Assembly (NCBI GenBank): GCA_963748615.1
Contig: CAVVJQ010000003.1
Coordinates: 97,082 to 161,081 of the forward strand
Origin: an uncultured Thermoplasmata archaeon
Lineage (GTDB): Archaea > Thermoplasmatota > Thermoplasmata > UBA10834
Direction of reading: 5' to 3'
Length of the DNA stretch: 64,000 nt
Below are positions 28,771-38,979 of the stretch, piece by piece. The position numbers and the translations under genes are program-made. The stretch's first letter is position 1. Every line of letters starts with the position of its first letter. The notes below the pieces were generated by a model. The model ran no database searches. It saw only the letters and a list, made by a program, of their open reading frames with translations, and was not told the DNA's origin.

Positions 28771-29439
28771 TTAAGTCGATTTTGGTGCGGCTATGTCTCC
28801 AGGTTTCCGCATCAGAACCTTGAGGACATCCCTCTTGCCAGCCACCGCACCGAAGGTAACCCGCCGTATAGCACCGATTTCCATCACGATCTCGAATGTC
28901 CGGAACAAGGACTGGACTTCACCCTCTTGGAAATAGTGCGTCATTATGCCGTCGCCACGAAGGTAAGAGAAATCCTCGATCTCCTTGCCTTCCCCGCATC
29001 TTATGTCCCCACGCCCGAAGACCTCGACGAGCATGAACCCGCCCGTTTTGAGGGCCGCCGATAACTGGTTCGCCGCTGTGACCCTTTCCGCTCCGACCAT
29101 GTGCGAAAGGATGTGAACGCAGGAGACTACATCGAACTTTTCTTCACCAAATGGGAGTTTTAGTATGTTGCACTCGACCAAATTAACGATTCTATCCTGA
29201 TCACGCTGAGACCTCAGGGCCATGAGAGCTTCTCGAGAAAAATCACAAGCCACGACGTCGCATCTCTTCAGGAGGGCCTCGGTCGTCTTCCCATCTCCGC
29301 AACCGGCATCCAAGGCGAGGCTCCCTTTGCTCAGATGAGGCTCGAGGAATGATATGTCGCCAGTTCCCCCATAGTGAAGCCCGCGCTTTGAATATAACTT
29401 CTGCCAGGCGTCCCTTGCCTTGGATAAGCCACCGACCAT
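28771..29439 (-). CDS. Class I SAM-dependent methyltransferase
   Basis: LDAGCGDG motif I, CDFS, LPF..EKFD and LKTGG. Confidence 0.88.
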   Translation of the reverse strand: MVGGLSKARDAWQKLYSKRGLHYGGTGDISFLEPHLSKGSLALDAGCGDGKTTEALLKRCDVVACDFSREALMALRSQRDQDRIVNLVECNILKLPFGEEKFDVVSCVHILSHMVGAERVTAANQLSAALKTGGFMLVEVFGRGDIRCGEGKEIEDFSYLRGDGIMTHYFQEGEVQSLFRTFEIVMEIGAIRRVTFGAVAGKRDVLKVLMRKPGDIAAPKST

Positions 29440-29528
29440 CTTACGACCCGCGCTTAGAAACCATATGGATTCAAATAGTACAAAAAGACTAACTCGATAT
29501 CTGGAATAAGACAAGGAAGATTGAAAGC

Positions 29529-30941
29529 ATGGAATTTAAAGAGCTCATAAGCAGCCAAGAATTACTCAGAGCTATATCCGAATTGGAATGGGAAGATCCG
29601 ACCCCAGTCCAGGAACAGACCATACCGTTGGCCAACCAAGGCTACGACCTGATGGCCCAGGCCCAGACGGGCACTGGGAAGACAGGAGCGTTCGCTATCC
29701 CGATCATATCAAAGATACAGCCCAAGAAAGGGATCCAGGTCCTCGTGCTGGTGCCGACAAGGGAGTTAGCTGTGCAGGTGGCCGAGGATTTCTTCGAACT
29801 ATCGAAGCACATGGACCTCCGGCCCCTGGCAATCTACGGTGGACAGTCGATAAACATCCAGGTCAGCAGACTGAGGAAGGGTGTAGAGATCGTGGTAGGT
29901 ACTCCTGGTCGATTGATGGACCTCATGAGGAGAGGCGAACTCGCGTTCGATAGTGTGTCCGTCGTCGTGCTAGATGAAGCTGACAGGATGTTGGACATGG
30001 GATTCATCGATGATATTGAATGGATACTCCAGAGGGTCCCAAAGAAGCGGCAGACGATGCTCTTCTCCGCAACCCTTCCTGAGGCCATAAGAGAACTCGC
30101 CCTCAGATACATGAAGGATCCAAAGACGGTGAATATCAGCCAAGACACCTTGACTGTCGACCAGACGGAGCAGGTCTACATCAACGTGGGCAGGAAGAAC
30201 AAGCTCTGGGCCCTATGCAGGATACTTGACACAGAGAAGCCAGAACTCTCATTGATATTCTGTTCCACGAAGAGGATGGTTGATACGCTAGTAAGAAAGC
30301 TCAGGGCATATGGATACTCAGTTGAGGGCATCCATGGAGACCTGAGCCAGTCCGCAAGAGAGAAGGTCATGGCGAAGTACCGGAGTGGCAAGTTGAAGAT
30401 ACTTGTCGCAACCGACGTCGCTGCCAGAGGCATAGACGTCGAAGGCATATCTCATGTGTTCAACTACGACATTCCAGGGAACCCCGAAGACTACGTCCAC
30501 AGGATCGGCAGAACCGCAAGAGCTGGACGTACAGGGAAGGCGATCACCTTCGTATCCAATGAGGAGCGGCATCTGGTCAAGGCCATAGAGAGCTTTGGCA
30601 GGACGACGATTCAAGAAGAAGACGTGCCCGATTCCAGTGGCAGGGACACCGTGAAGCGTCAGCTTGACTTCGAAGAGTACGCAGACCATTTCGGAATGGT
30701 GGCCTTCGCGATCAACCTTGGAAGGAAGGACGGCATCGACATGGTCAACCTGCTGAGGTTCATAGAGAGGAAGGCCAGGGTCCAGGAACACCTCATAGGG
30801 GATGTGACGATAGGTGATGAGGATAGCAGGGTCCATCTGCACAAGAGCGTCGCATTCGGAGCAATGAAGGATCTCGAGAGATGCACGGTGGCGGAAAAGC
30901 GCGTCCGGGTCAGTCTGATAAGAGACCGGCTCAGGCGTTGA
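29529..30941 (+). CDS. DEAD-box RNA helicase with C-terminal DbpA-type RNA-binding domain (DeaD/CsdA-like)
   Basis: AQTGTGKT, PTRELA, DEAD, SAT, HRIGRTARAG; INLGRKDG...IGDVTI C-terminal domain. Confidence 0.93.
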   Translation: MEFKELISSQELLRAISELEWEDPTPVQEQTIPLANQGYDLMAQAQTGTGKTGAFAIPIISKIQPKKGIQVLVLVPTRELAVQVAEDFFELSKHMDLRPLAIYGGQSINIQVSRLRKGVEIVVGTPGRLMDLMRRGELAFDSVSVVVLDEADRMLDMGFIDDIEWILQRVPKKRQTMLFSATLPEAIRELALRYMKDPKTVNISQDTLTVDQTEQVYINVGRKNKLWALCRILDTEKPELSLIFCSTKRMVDTLVRKLRAYGYSVEGIHGDLSQSAREKVMAKYRSGKLKILVATDVAARGIDVEGISHVFNYDIPGNPEDYVHRIGRTARAGRTGKAITFVSNEERHLVKAIESFGRTTIQEEDVPDSSGRDTVKRQLDFEEYADHFGMVAFAINLGRKDGIDMVNLLRFIERKARVQEHLIGDVTIGDEDSRVHLHKSVAFGAMKDLERCTVAEKRVRVSLIRDRLRR

Positions 30942-31209
30942 CCTCTCGGTTGATATCATCCGCCCGGATGTGTCCAATCACTTTGACATTCACTTTCGTG
31001 ATGCCATCGACTGTCAGGACTTGGTCCTTGATCGCCTTCGCAAGTTCGACGCCTACGGGGCAGAACGGGCTTGTCGGCATGAACGTGAGCTCGACAGAAT
31101 TCTCGCTCACAACTATGTCGGAAATCAATCCCATGTCGTATACGCTGACGCCTGTGTGAGGGTCCAATACACCCCTGAGCGCCTCGACGACAAACTCCTT
31201 CTTATCCAT
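30931..31209 (-). CDS. DUF59/SufT (MIP18-like) Fe-S cluster assembly protein
   Basis: VLDPHTGVSVYDMGLI and TSPFCP motifs. Confidence 0.88.
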   Translation of the reverse strand: MDKKEFVVEALRGVLDPHTGVSVYDMGLISDIVVSENSVELTFMPTSPFCPVGVELAKAIKDQVLTVDGITKVNVKVIGHIRADDINREVNA

Positions 31210-31270
31210 GTCCAGGTGCAAATTGTGGACTGAGTATTATAAACTGTCGAGGAATGATTTCCAGCATGAA

Positions 31271-33892
31271 TCACTTGTATATCAGCACAGAAAGTCCACC
31301 CGCAGTGATATGGTTGAGCTCTCCGCGCTCGGAGGAAATCGTCTTCACGACATCATAGAACTCCCGTCCAAGAGAGATCTTCCTGCCATCGCTCATAGGC
31401 ACTTCTATGCCGCTGTCCGATGCTGCAATCGCATCGCCACTCAATGAGGAGACGTAAGCGACGATCTCCTTGGCATCCTTCTTGAAGGTCGGTCCGAGTT
31501 TCGCGTGGATGAGCTTCATCCCTGTGATGGTCTCATTCAACCTGACATCGACCAGCAGCTGCAGTTCCTTCGTCTTCACTGTCGCGCGGATGTCCTCCTC
31601 GGAGCCAGCGATCAAAGACGCGGCCTCGCGACCAACTATCTCGACACGGGACAGCTCAGAATTCAGAGACATACCATTGGCCGCCTTCCACGCACGGATC
31701 GAAGACACGATATCTTTCACCGATTCACCCATTATCTCGTGCGTCTCGTCCTTATCCGGCTTCTCGGGCCAGGCGGACACGTGTATGCTCACGGGTTCCT
31801 CGAACTCTCTGAAATTGACCTGATAGGCATCCTCCGCCATGTGAGGCAGTATGATGGACATCATCTTGAGTAGGCCAAGGCCGACCGTGTAGAGCGCATA
31901 TCTGGCGCCCTCGTCATCGTCGGAGTAGACTCTGTGCTTCACGAGTTCAATATAATGATCGGCGAACTCGTGCCAGAGGAAATCCTCCAGGAGCGCAGTG
32001 GAACGATCGAACTGGTATTGCTCATTGTGTGTCTCGATTCTTCCGATCAGTTCCCCGAATCGGCTCAGTATCCATCTGTCGATAGCATGCATCTTCTCAG
32101 GCTTGGAAGGGCGACCCTTACAGGCAGCACCGACCAATCTCATGATGTTCCATGTCTTGACAGAGAGCCGGTTCCCGCGGACCAGTTCTTGTTCCTTGAA
32201 TGAATGATCCATTCCCAAGCTGCAGGTGGAAGCATAGTATCTCATTGCGTCCCCACCGTATTTGGCCAGCAAGGGCATGGGATCGATGACATTCCCTGCG
32301 GACGTGTGCATCGGTCTCCCGTCCGGAGCCATTATGAAGCCATGGATCATGACCTCGTTCCATGGCTTCTTGTCCAGGAGATGTAGTTCACGGAGGATCG
32401 TGTAGTAAGCCCATGTGCGGATGATGTCATGGCTTTGAGCGCGAAGACTCATCGGATACAGCTTCCCGAACATCTTCGCATCCCGCTCCCAGAAGGTGTT
32501 GTACAGGGGCGAGATGCTGGAATCCATCCATGTATCGAAGACGTCCCTCGAGCCGACAAGTCCGCCATCACATTTCGGACACTTGTCAACGCTTGGCCTG
32601 TCGACGGTTGGGTCCACATAACAACGGTCCTCCTCTGGAAGAACCACCTCGCCGCACTTGTCGCATTCCCAAAGAGGGATGGCAGTTGCGAAGTACCTCT
32701 GGCGGGATACCACCCAATCCCAAGCAAGTGAATTGATCCAATCCTTGATCCGGATCTTCATGAAATCAGGTTTCCAGACGATCTCGTCGACCATCCTCAA
32801 CACTTCGTCTTTGTATTGAACGGTCCTGATGAACCATTGGGGGACCTTCAGGAATTCAATTGGCGTGCTGCATCTCCAGCACATTCCAACATTCTGATCC
32901 AGCGGCTCCTGTTTCGTCAATAGCCCTTGCGACCGGAGCTCCTCGATGACCGCCTTCCTGGCATCTGCAACTGGCATTCCCTCGTATTTTCCTGCAAGTG
33001 AGGTCATCCGACCATCTTCGCTGATCCCCTTCTCCAAAGGCAGGTTGTATTTCATGATCCATTCCAGGTCGTCCTTGTCACCGATAGAACAGATCATGAC
33101 TGTCCCGGTTCCGAACTCTGGGTCGACCTTCGGGTCGGCGATGACTTTCACGTGTCGGTCGTAGACCGGAGTGACCAGCTCTTTCCCCAAGAGATGGGCT
33201 TTGGATTTGTCATCTGGATGCACGGCGACCAGAAGGCAAGTACAGAGCAACTCTGGTCGAGTCGTTGCAATCAATACCTCCTGACCGGACACTGCTTCGT
33301 GGAATCTGACAAAGTTCAACTTCGTCGATCGGTGCTCGTAATCGACCTCTGCATCGGCGAGGGCGGTCCCGCATCGAGTGCACCAATTCACCGGGAAATG
33401 GCCTTTGTACACGAGCCCTTTCTTGAACATGCGTAAGAACGATATTTGCGTGAGACGACGGTAATACTCTGCATCTGTCTGATAGAATATCGACGGATCC
33501 ATGCTCTCTCCCAGTATCTCGAACTGGTGGATCATCTCGCCTATGTATTTCTCTGCGAATTCGCTGCACATCTTCACGAATTCCTTGCGGGGAACATCCG
33601 ATGCCTTGATTCCTTTGACCTTCTCTACGCGCACCTCGACAGGCGTGCCATTGACATCGAAACAAAGCGGGAAGAATACATTGTACCCCTTGAGACGCTT
33701 GTATCTCGCGGCAAAATCGATGACCGTATATCCATAAGCATGCCCCAAATGAATCGCACCAGAAGCATATCGGGGAGGATTGTCGATGCTGAAAATGTCC
33801 TTTTCAGAGGAGGGGTCGAATCTGTAAATCTCCCATTCCTTCCACTTCGACTGCCACTTGGGCTCGCTCTCTCGCCAATCGTACTGGGCCAT
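31271..33892 (-). CDS. valS: Valine--tRNA ligase (archaeal type)
   Basis: DNPPRY, HLGH, ATTRPE, DWVVSRQR and DTWMDSS motifs; KMSKS variant PMHTS. Confidence 0.95.
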   Translation of the reverse strand: MAQYDWRESEPKWQSKWKEWEIYRFDPSSEKDIFSIDNPPRYASGAIHLGHAYGYTVIDFAARYKRLKGYNVFFPLCFDVNGTPVEVRVEKVKGIKASDVPRKEFVKMCSEFAEKYIGEMIHQFEILGESMDPSIFYQTDAEYYRRLTQISFLRMFKKGLVYKGHFPVNWCTRCGTALADAEVDYEHRSTKLNFVRFHEAVSGQEVLIATTRPELLCTCLLVAVHPDDKSKAHLLGKELVTPVYDRHVKVIADPKVDPEFGTGTVMICSIGDKDDLEWIMKYNLPLEKGISEDGRMTSLAGKYEGMPVADARKAVIEELRSQGLLTKQEPLDQNVGMCWRCSTPIEFLKVPQWFIRTVQYKDEVLRMVDEIVWKPDFMKIRIKDWINSLAWDWVVSRQRYFATAIPLWECDKCGEVVLPEEDRCYVDPTVDRPSVDKCPKCDGGLVGSRDVFDTWMDSSISPLYNTFWERDAKMFGKLYPMSLRAQSHDIIRTWAYYTILRELHLLDKKPWNEVMIHGFIMAPDGRPMHTSAGNVIDPMPLLAKYGGDAMRYYASTCSLGMDHSFKEQELVRGNRLSVKTWNIMRLVGAACKGRPSKPEKMHAIDRWILSRFGELIGRIETHNEQYQFDRSTALLEDFLWHEFADHYIELVKHRVYSDDDEGARYALYTVGLGLLKMMSIILPHMAEDAYQVNFREFEEPVSIHVSAWPEKPDKDETHEIMGESVKDIVSSIRAWKAANGMSLNSELSRVEIVGREAASLIAGSEEDIRATVKTKELQLLVDVRLNETITGMKLIHAKLGPTFKKDAKEIVAYVSSLSGDAIAASDSGIEVPMSDGRKISLGREFYDVVKTISSERGELNHITAGGLSVLIYK

Positions 33893-33962
33893 GACTTTCG
33901 GGACAAAAGAGTAAGCATAGATAAAGCTTGTCAACGAGATGTCTGGCCAGAGGTCATGTATC

Positions 33963-34505
33963 CTAGCGTCTGGCCCGCTTCTTCCTGAACACGTTGGCTA
34001 GGATTATGTCTTCGATTTCAGAGGTCATGGGACCGGTCCATTGGTCCAACGTGAAGAGCCCTTCCTGCAGGCATCGAACAAGAGTGGCCATCTGATGAGC
34101 GCAGAAATATCCTTTCTCCCTGAACTCAAGGCACTGGCAAGAGGTGCCGATGTCATCCGTCGTCTGATTCACGAAACGAATGTTGTAGACCTCGTAACCA
34201 TCGGACCGACGGAGAGTGAATGTGGCATTCGCAATCGTGTGATCACTCTCGGGGTCGAGCTCTATGACCTTCCTGCTCCCAGACCATTTGATCGCCTTGG
34301 CCATGTTCTCCACGAAATAGATCTCTTCCTGCACCGTGCAGAAATCCTCGAGTACCCTGGGCTTGATGTTCTTCAAGATGAACTTGACCAATTCATCCTT
34401 CTTCAAATTCGACCATCCAGATAGCTTCTGAGCGTCACAGAGATTCTTCAGGCTGGTGACGGTCAACCTAGAAAGTCTCAATTTAAGAGGCGGTTCAACT
34501 GGCAT
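33963..34505 (-). CDS. SAP/Rho-N-like helix-extension-helix plus SWIM zinc-finger protein
   Basis: LTVTSLKNLC...LSGWSNLKKDELV at the N-terminus; CQC...FCAH SWIM motif. Confidence 0.72.
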   Translation of the reverse strand: MPVEPPLKLRLSRLTVTSLKNLCDAQKLSGWSNLKKDELVKFILKNIKPRVLEDFCTVQEEIYFVENMAKAIKWSGSRKVIELDPESDHTIANATFTLRRSDGYEVYNIRFVNQTTDDIGTSCQCLEFREKGYFCAHQMATLVRCLQEGLFTLDQWTGPMTSEIEDIILANVFRKKRARR

Positions 34506-34705
34506 GATCCCATCCTTCCAAAGACATGATTAGAAACCGGGCATAATAAGATAGCGATTCCCGACCTCTCGACATAATGAATAACCTCGAAGGCGCAATA
34601 TCAGAGCCCAGAGTACCTAGAAGGCGAGGGCAGGGCATCAATAGTTGTCCGAAACGATTGCGTTAAATCATTTGCATGCAGATACATGTACAGGTAGGTT
34701 CAAAG

Positions 34706-35923
34706 ATGGAGATAGAGCGAGGAGGTGACCAGGCATGCGAAGAGGGTTCTATCCTCGACTCGAAACAGCTTCTCGACATTGCAAACAAGATTGTCCCGAT
34801 ATTCTTGAATTCGCCAGATGATGAGATGTACAATGAAGTGCTGAAGTTACTGCTCAGAGATACAGATAGCAGACATGGAATCTTCGGCTACATCGATGAG
34901 AATGGTTCGATGGTTGCGCCCTCGATGACCAGAGACATATGGGACCAATGCCAGATACCGGGAAAGACCTACGTCTTCCCGCGGGAAGTCTGGGGAGGTT
35001 TGTGGGGGCGCGCAATGATCAAGAGAAGGGCGCTGTATTCAAACAGCACGCATCATGTTCCCACAGGGCATATAGCAATAGTCAGATCCATCTGCGTCCC
35101 TATAATCCACCAGGGTGAGCTCATCGGCTTGTTTGCCGTAGCGAACAGGTCCTCGGATTATGTGGAGTGCGATGTGAAACATGTGAAAGCGATTGCCGAT
35201 TTCGTGGCGCCTGTGCTGCATGCAAGATTACAGAGAGATCTCATGGACGTCGAGAAACGGAAAGCAGATGAAGCCGTCAAGCTCGCGAATAAGAAGCTCG
35301 GACTCATGAGCGCAGTCACGCGGCACGATGGTCTGAATCAACTAAGCCTCATACTCGGCTACGCGCAGATAGCGAGGGAAATGTCGAAGGACCAAAAGAT
35401 GACATCATACCTGGACAAGATAATCCACTCAGGCGAGTCGATGAGCGCTCAACTGGAATTCACTCGTATCTATCAATCGATAGGTTCCACTAGCCCAGAA
35501 TGGCAGGATGTCCGGCAGGTATTCGACAAGGCGATGTCAGGGTTGGACCTGAGCGGGATCAAAGTGGTCAATGGATTGAGTGACATTCAGATCTATGCGG
35601 ATATGATGCTCGAGAGAATCCTCTACAATCTCGCGGAGAATTCATTGAGGCATGGAACAAGGGTCACCACGATAAACATTCATGACACACAGACTGAGAA
35701 TGGATTGATAATAAGCGTCGATGATGACGGGATCGGGGTCCCAGACAACGAGAAGGAGATCATATTCGAAAAGGGATATGGGAAGAACACGGGATACGGG
35801 TTGTACGTGACCAGAGAGATTCTGGATCTGACGGGCATATTCATAAGGGAAAAAGGGGAATGTGGCAAGGGAGCGAAGTTCGAGATACTCGTCCCGATAA
35901 ATGGATACAGGACGCCTTCGTGA
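34706..35923 (+). CDS. GAF-domain sensor histidine kinase
   Basis: GAF (ICVPII...LIGLFAVAN), H-box TRHD, N-box NLAENSLRHG, DDGIG and GYGLY. Confidence 0.92.
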   Translation: MEIERGGDQACEEGSILDSKQLLDIANKIVPIFLNSPDDEMYNEVLKLLLRDTDSRHGIFGYIDENGSMVAPSMTRDIWDQCQIPGKTYVFPREVWGGLWGRAMIKRRALYSNSTHHVPTGHIAIVRSICVPIIHQGELIGLFAVANRSSDYVECDVKHVKAIADFVAPVLHARLQRDLMDVEKRKADEAVKLANKKLGLMSAVTRHDGLNQLSLILGYAQIAREMSKDQKMTSYLDKIIHSGESMSAQLEFTRIYQSIGSTSPEWQDVRQVFDKAMSGLDLSGIKVVNGLSDIQIYADMMLERILYNLAENSLRHGTRVTTINIHDTQTENGLIISVDDDGIGVPDNEKEIIFEKGYGKNTGYGLYVTREILDLTGIFIREKGECGKGAKFEILVPINGYRTPS

Positions 35924-35934
35924 CGTTGATCGAT

Positions 35935-37257
35935 TCAGAGGCAGTCCATGGAGGGTCTTCTCTTTCTCTGAAGAACCAGTATGTAGTCCCGTTCGATCCG
36001 ACTATCGTTCCAGCGCGGAATGTCAAGATGTCGATTTATCACATCATAGACATATATCCCTTTGAGTTCGTATCCGCATTGTGAAGCGATCCTTGCTAGG
36101 ATGAGATAAGTCGGTATTCTGACCTTCCTGAAAGTGTTCTCACCGACCACCATGCAATATATACCGTTCCGCCCAAGGACACGATTGACCTCACAGAGGT
36201 TCCGCCTCATATCATCGAAGTACTTGTAAACGATGTACGCGCTCTTCTTCTCGTTCTCAATCAGCTCAGTCAACACTCGTTTCAATTCAGGGACGCTCGT
36301 CTTTGGCTCCCAAGGTTTGTACTCCCTGACATATGCCCTAGATGTCCCCACAACCTGACCATCCAACCTCGCCATGTCATCGAGCAGGTCGAGCCAGAAC
36401 ATCTCCAGCTTGTGCACACTCACATAGTGGACGGCACTGGCATATGGTGGAGATGTGACAGCGAGGTCGACCGATGAATCGTCCATTTCTATATCCCTAG
36501 CATCTCGTCCGATTATGTTGATGGAAGGGGGGTTCCTGAATTCCTCCTGCACATCCTGAGAAATCTTCCAAAGTCCCTCGGCATCCAGCAGTTTGTTGCT
36601 GACGGTGTTCTCGAATTTGGACATAACATCGAACGAGGTCTTACCTTGCTCATCCAGTTTCTTCCTGAAGCTCGTGACCTCGGGAATCAACGAGTCGGCG
36701 TCCGAGTTCGACATCTTCCGAATTATCGATGAGAAGCATATCTTGAAGAAGTCCTGTGTGGGTCCGCTTCTTATACGCCACACATGCTTCTTTATCGTAG
36801 CCAGATTTCCAAGGACCTCAGGGCGGAACCAGTGGTCCCTGTTGGGTATTTCAGGGATCAGCGAGCTGTTATCACCATCATCCGAACGGATATCACCCAA
36901 TAATCTCTCCGCGACACGAGAGAGATGCTTGGGGTCGATCGGCGTGGTCTTGACTTTGGCTATCATCCTGGCCAATGGATGGATATCGATGCCGTTGCTC
37001 TCCCTCCCGAGTATGTACGATTCCAGGAGCGTAGTCCCCGAACCCATGAACGGATCAAGAACAACATCATCCTCCTTGGAAAAGGATTCAATGCAGAATC
37101 GTGGGATCTGTGGAATGAACTTCGCAGGATATTTATGGATACCATGAGTGGCATAGCTGACTTGCTTGCCTATGTATTTCCTGAACTCGCCGGATAAGTC
37201 CACGGGCCTTGGAAGTCCGCGGAAATCAGGCGGGTCGCTGGAAGATTGTGAGGACAT
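35935..37257 (-). CDS. DNA amino-methyltransferase (probably N4-cytosine), orphan
   Basis: HKYPAKF, motif I DPFMGSGTT and motif IV TSPPY in alpha order. Confidence 0.88.
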   Translation of the reverse strand: MSSQSSSDPPDFRGLPRPVDLSGEFRKYIGKQVSYATHGIHKYPAKFIPQIPRFCIESFSKEDDVVLDPFMGSGTTLLESYILGRESNGIDIHPLARMIAKVKTTPIDPKHLSRVAERLLGDIRSDDGDNSSLIPEIPNRDHWFRPEVLGNLATIKKHVWRIRSGPTQDFFKICFSSIIRKMSNSDADSLIPEVTSFRKKLDEQGKTSFDVMSKFENTVSNKLLDAEGLWKISQDVQEEFRNPPSINIIGRDARDIEMDDSSVDLAVTSPPYASAVHYVSVHKLEMFWLDLLDDMARLDGQVVGTSRAYVREYKPWEPKTSVPELKRVLTELIENEKKSAYIVYKYFDDMRRNLCEVNRVLGRNGIYCMVVGENTFRKVRIPTYLILARIASQCGYELKGIYVYDVINRHLDIPRWNDSRIERDYILVLQRKRRPSMDCL

Positions 37258-37277
37258 ACTGTTTCCTGATCTCCCCT

Positions 37278-38972
37278 TCAGAGTCCTTCGAGAGCGTTTA
37301 GACCCGCTCCCGACACGATCCTCGCAACAGCTACAGCGACGTTCTCCTTCTTAACCCTAACTTGCTCGGCGCTGTCCCTATCGCGAATCGTCACCGTTCC
37401 GTTCGTCTTGGTCTCGTAATCGATTGTGACACAGCATGGAGCCCCGATCTCGTCCATTCTAGCGTATCTGCGTCCGATCGACCCCGAATCATCATAATAG
37501 GCGGTCATGCTCGCAGAGGTGAGTGAATCCTGCACTTCCGCTGCAATCGAATCGAGTCCATCTCGGGCCATGAGCGGGAACACGCCAGCCTTTACCGGGG
37601 CCATGCGTCCATTGAATCTCAACACGATGTAATCATCCTTCTTGGCGTACGAATGCTCCAGAAGGGAATATAGCATCCTATCCACACCATAGGACGGTTC
37701 TATCACATGAGGCACCAGCTTCCGCCCAGAGACCTTCTCTCTTCGCATCACCACTTCGAAGCAGTCCGAGGAGACCGTGTATGCCGTTCCATCCACATCC
37801 AACGAGACTTCGGCCTTTCCTCGGACAGATTCCGCGGGAAGCTTAGATAGGGCGTCTGCGATCTTCTTCGTCTCGCCCTTGAACAATTTGCCCATCACGT
37901 CGAAGCGGGCCCTCACGACTTCCTCCTCCACCTCTTTCGGTTCATCGAATAGCTCAAACGCCATGAGCTCGGACCCGGAATGGTTGATGTGAGCCTGAAG
38001 ATCGTAACAACCCCGGTCGGCTATTCCGACCAGTTCTATCCAGCCGAAGGAGAGTTCGGCTTCCATATCCCAGCAATCAGATGCGTAATGCGCCATCTCG
38101 TCCTTCTCGTGTTGCCTAAAACGCAACCTCGAGGGATCCAGTCCGATATCACATGCATATTTGAATGTGAGATAGATGAAATAGGCGAGAGTCTCGTTGA
38201 CAATGACCTTCTGCTCCACCGCTTCCGCAAGGGTCATCACCCTTGGCGGTTCGGAGTTGGGGACCAGCGGCAGCTTCGTATCCTTCACCGCAGAGAATCT
38301 AGGCCACGATTTGTTCTCAGGATGGACGAATAGTTCGGCCTCCATCTGGTGGAACTCCCTCAGGCGGAGAAGGCCCTGCCTGGGTGATATCTCATTTCTG
38401 AATGCCGTGCCAATCTGGACCGCGCCCACAGGGAGTTTCTCACGAGCATGTCTGTAGACCTGGGAGAAATTGACAAACATGCCCTGAGCAGTTTCCGGTC
38501 GAAGGTATCCTGGCTTGGATACTCCGGCACCTACAGAGGTCTTGAACATGAGGTTGAATTTCCTGGGATCTGTGAGGTCGCCCTTGCAGTTGGGACACTT
38601 CACGTCACTGGCCCTCAACAGCTTGCCCAGTTCATCCTCCTTGAGAGTCGCAGGGTTATCATGGAAGCCTTCCGCGAGGTGGTCCGCACGGTAGCTCTCA
38701 TGACATTTGAGACATTCCACATACATGTCAGAGAACGCATCCAGATGTCCAGATGCCTTGAACACCGGTTCCGGTGCGATGATCGGGCATGAAATCTCCA
38801 GAAATCCCTCGCCCAGAACATATAGACTGCGCCAGTGGTTCTCCATGTTGTTCTTGAGGGCAGCGCCTAGTGGGCCATAATCATACATTCCCGCCAGCCC
38901 ACCATATATGTCGTAGGCGGGCCAGAGGAATCCTCTGCGTTTGCAGAGAGAGAGAATCTCCTGCGAGTCCAT
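37278..38972 (-). CDS. glyS: Glycine--tRNA ligase (alpha2, archaeal/eukaryotic type)
   Basis: YDYGPLG, LRPETAQG, FRNEISPR, MAHYA, VIEPSYG and GSIGRRYAR motifs. Confidence 0.96.
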   Translation of the reverse strand: MDSQEILSLCKRRGFLWPAYDIYGGLAGMYDYGPLGAALKNNMENHWRSLYVLGEGFLEISCPIIAPEPVFKASGHLDAFSDMYVECLKCHESYRADHLAEGFHDNPATLKEDELGKLLRASDVKCPNCKGDLTDPRKFNLMFKTSVGAGVSKPGYLRPETAQGMFVNFSQVYRHAREKLPVGAVQIGTAFRNEISPRQGLLRLREFHQMEAELFVHPENKSWPRFSAVKDTKLPLVPNSEPPRVMTLAEAVEQKVIVNETLAYFIYLTFKYACDIGLDPSRLRFRQHEKDEMAHYASDCWDMEAELSFGWIELVGIADRGCYDLQAHINHSGSELMAFELFDEPKEVEEEVVRARFDVMGKLFKGETKKIADALSKLPAESVRGKAEVSLDVDGTAYTVSSDCFEVVMRREKVSGRKLVPHVIEPSYGVDRMLYSLLEHSYAKKDDYIVLRFNGRMAPVKAGVFPLMARDGLDSIAAEVQDSLTSASMTAYYDDSGSIGRRYARMDEIGAPCCVTIDYETKTNGTVTIRDRDSAEQVRVKKENVAVAVARIVSGAGLNALEGL

Positions 38973-38979
38973 ATCTGCA

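Noticed and set aside
35935-37257. Complete restriction-modification system
   Set aside because: The neighbours are glyS and a histidine kinase; no nuclease gene is adjacent.
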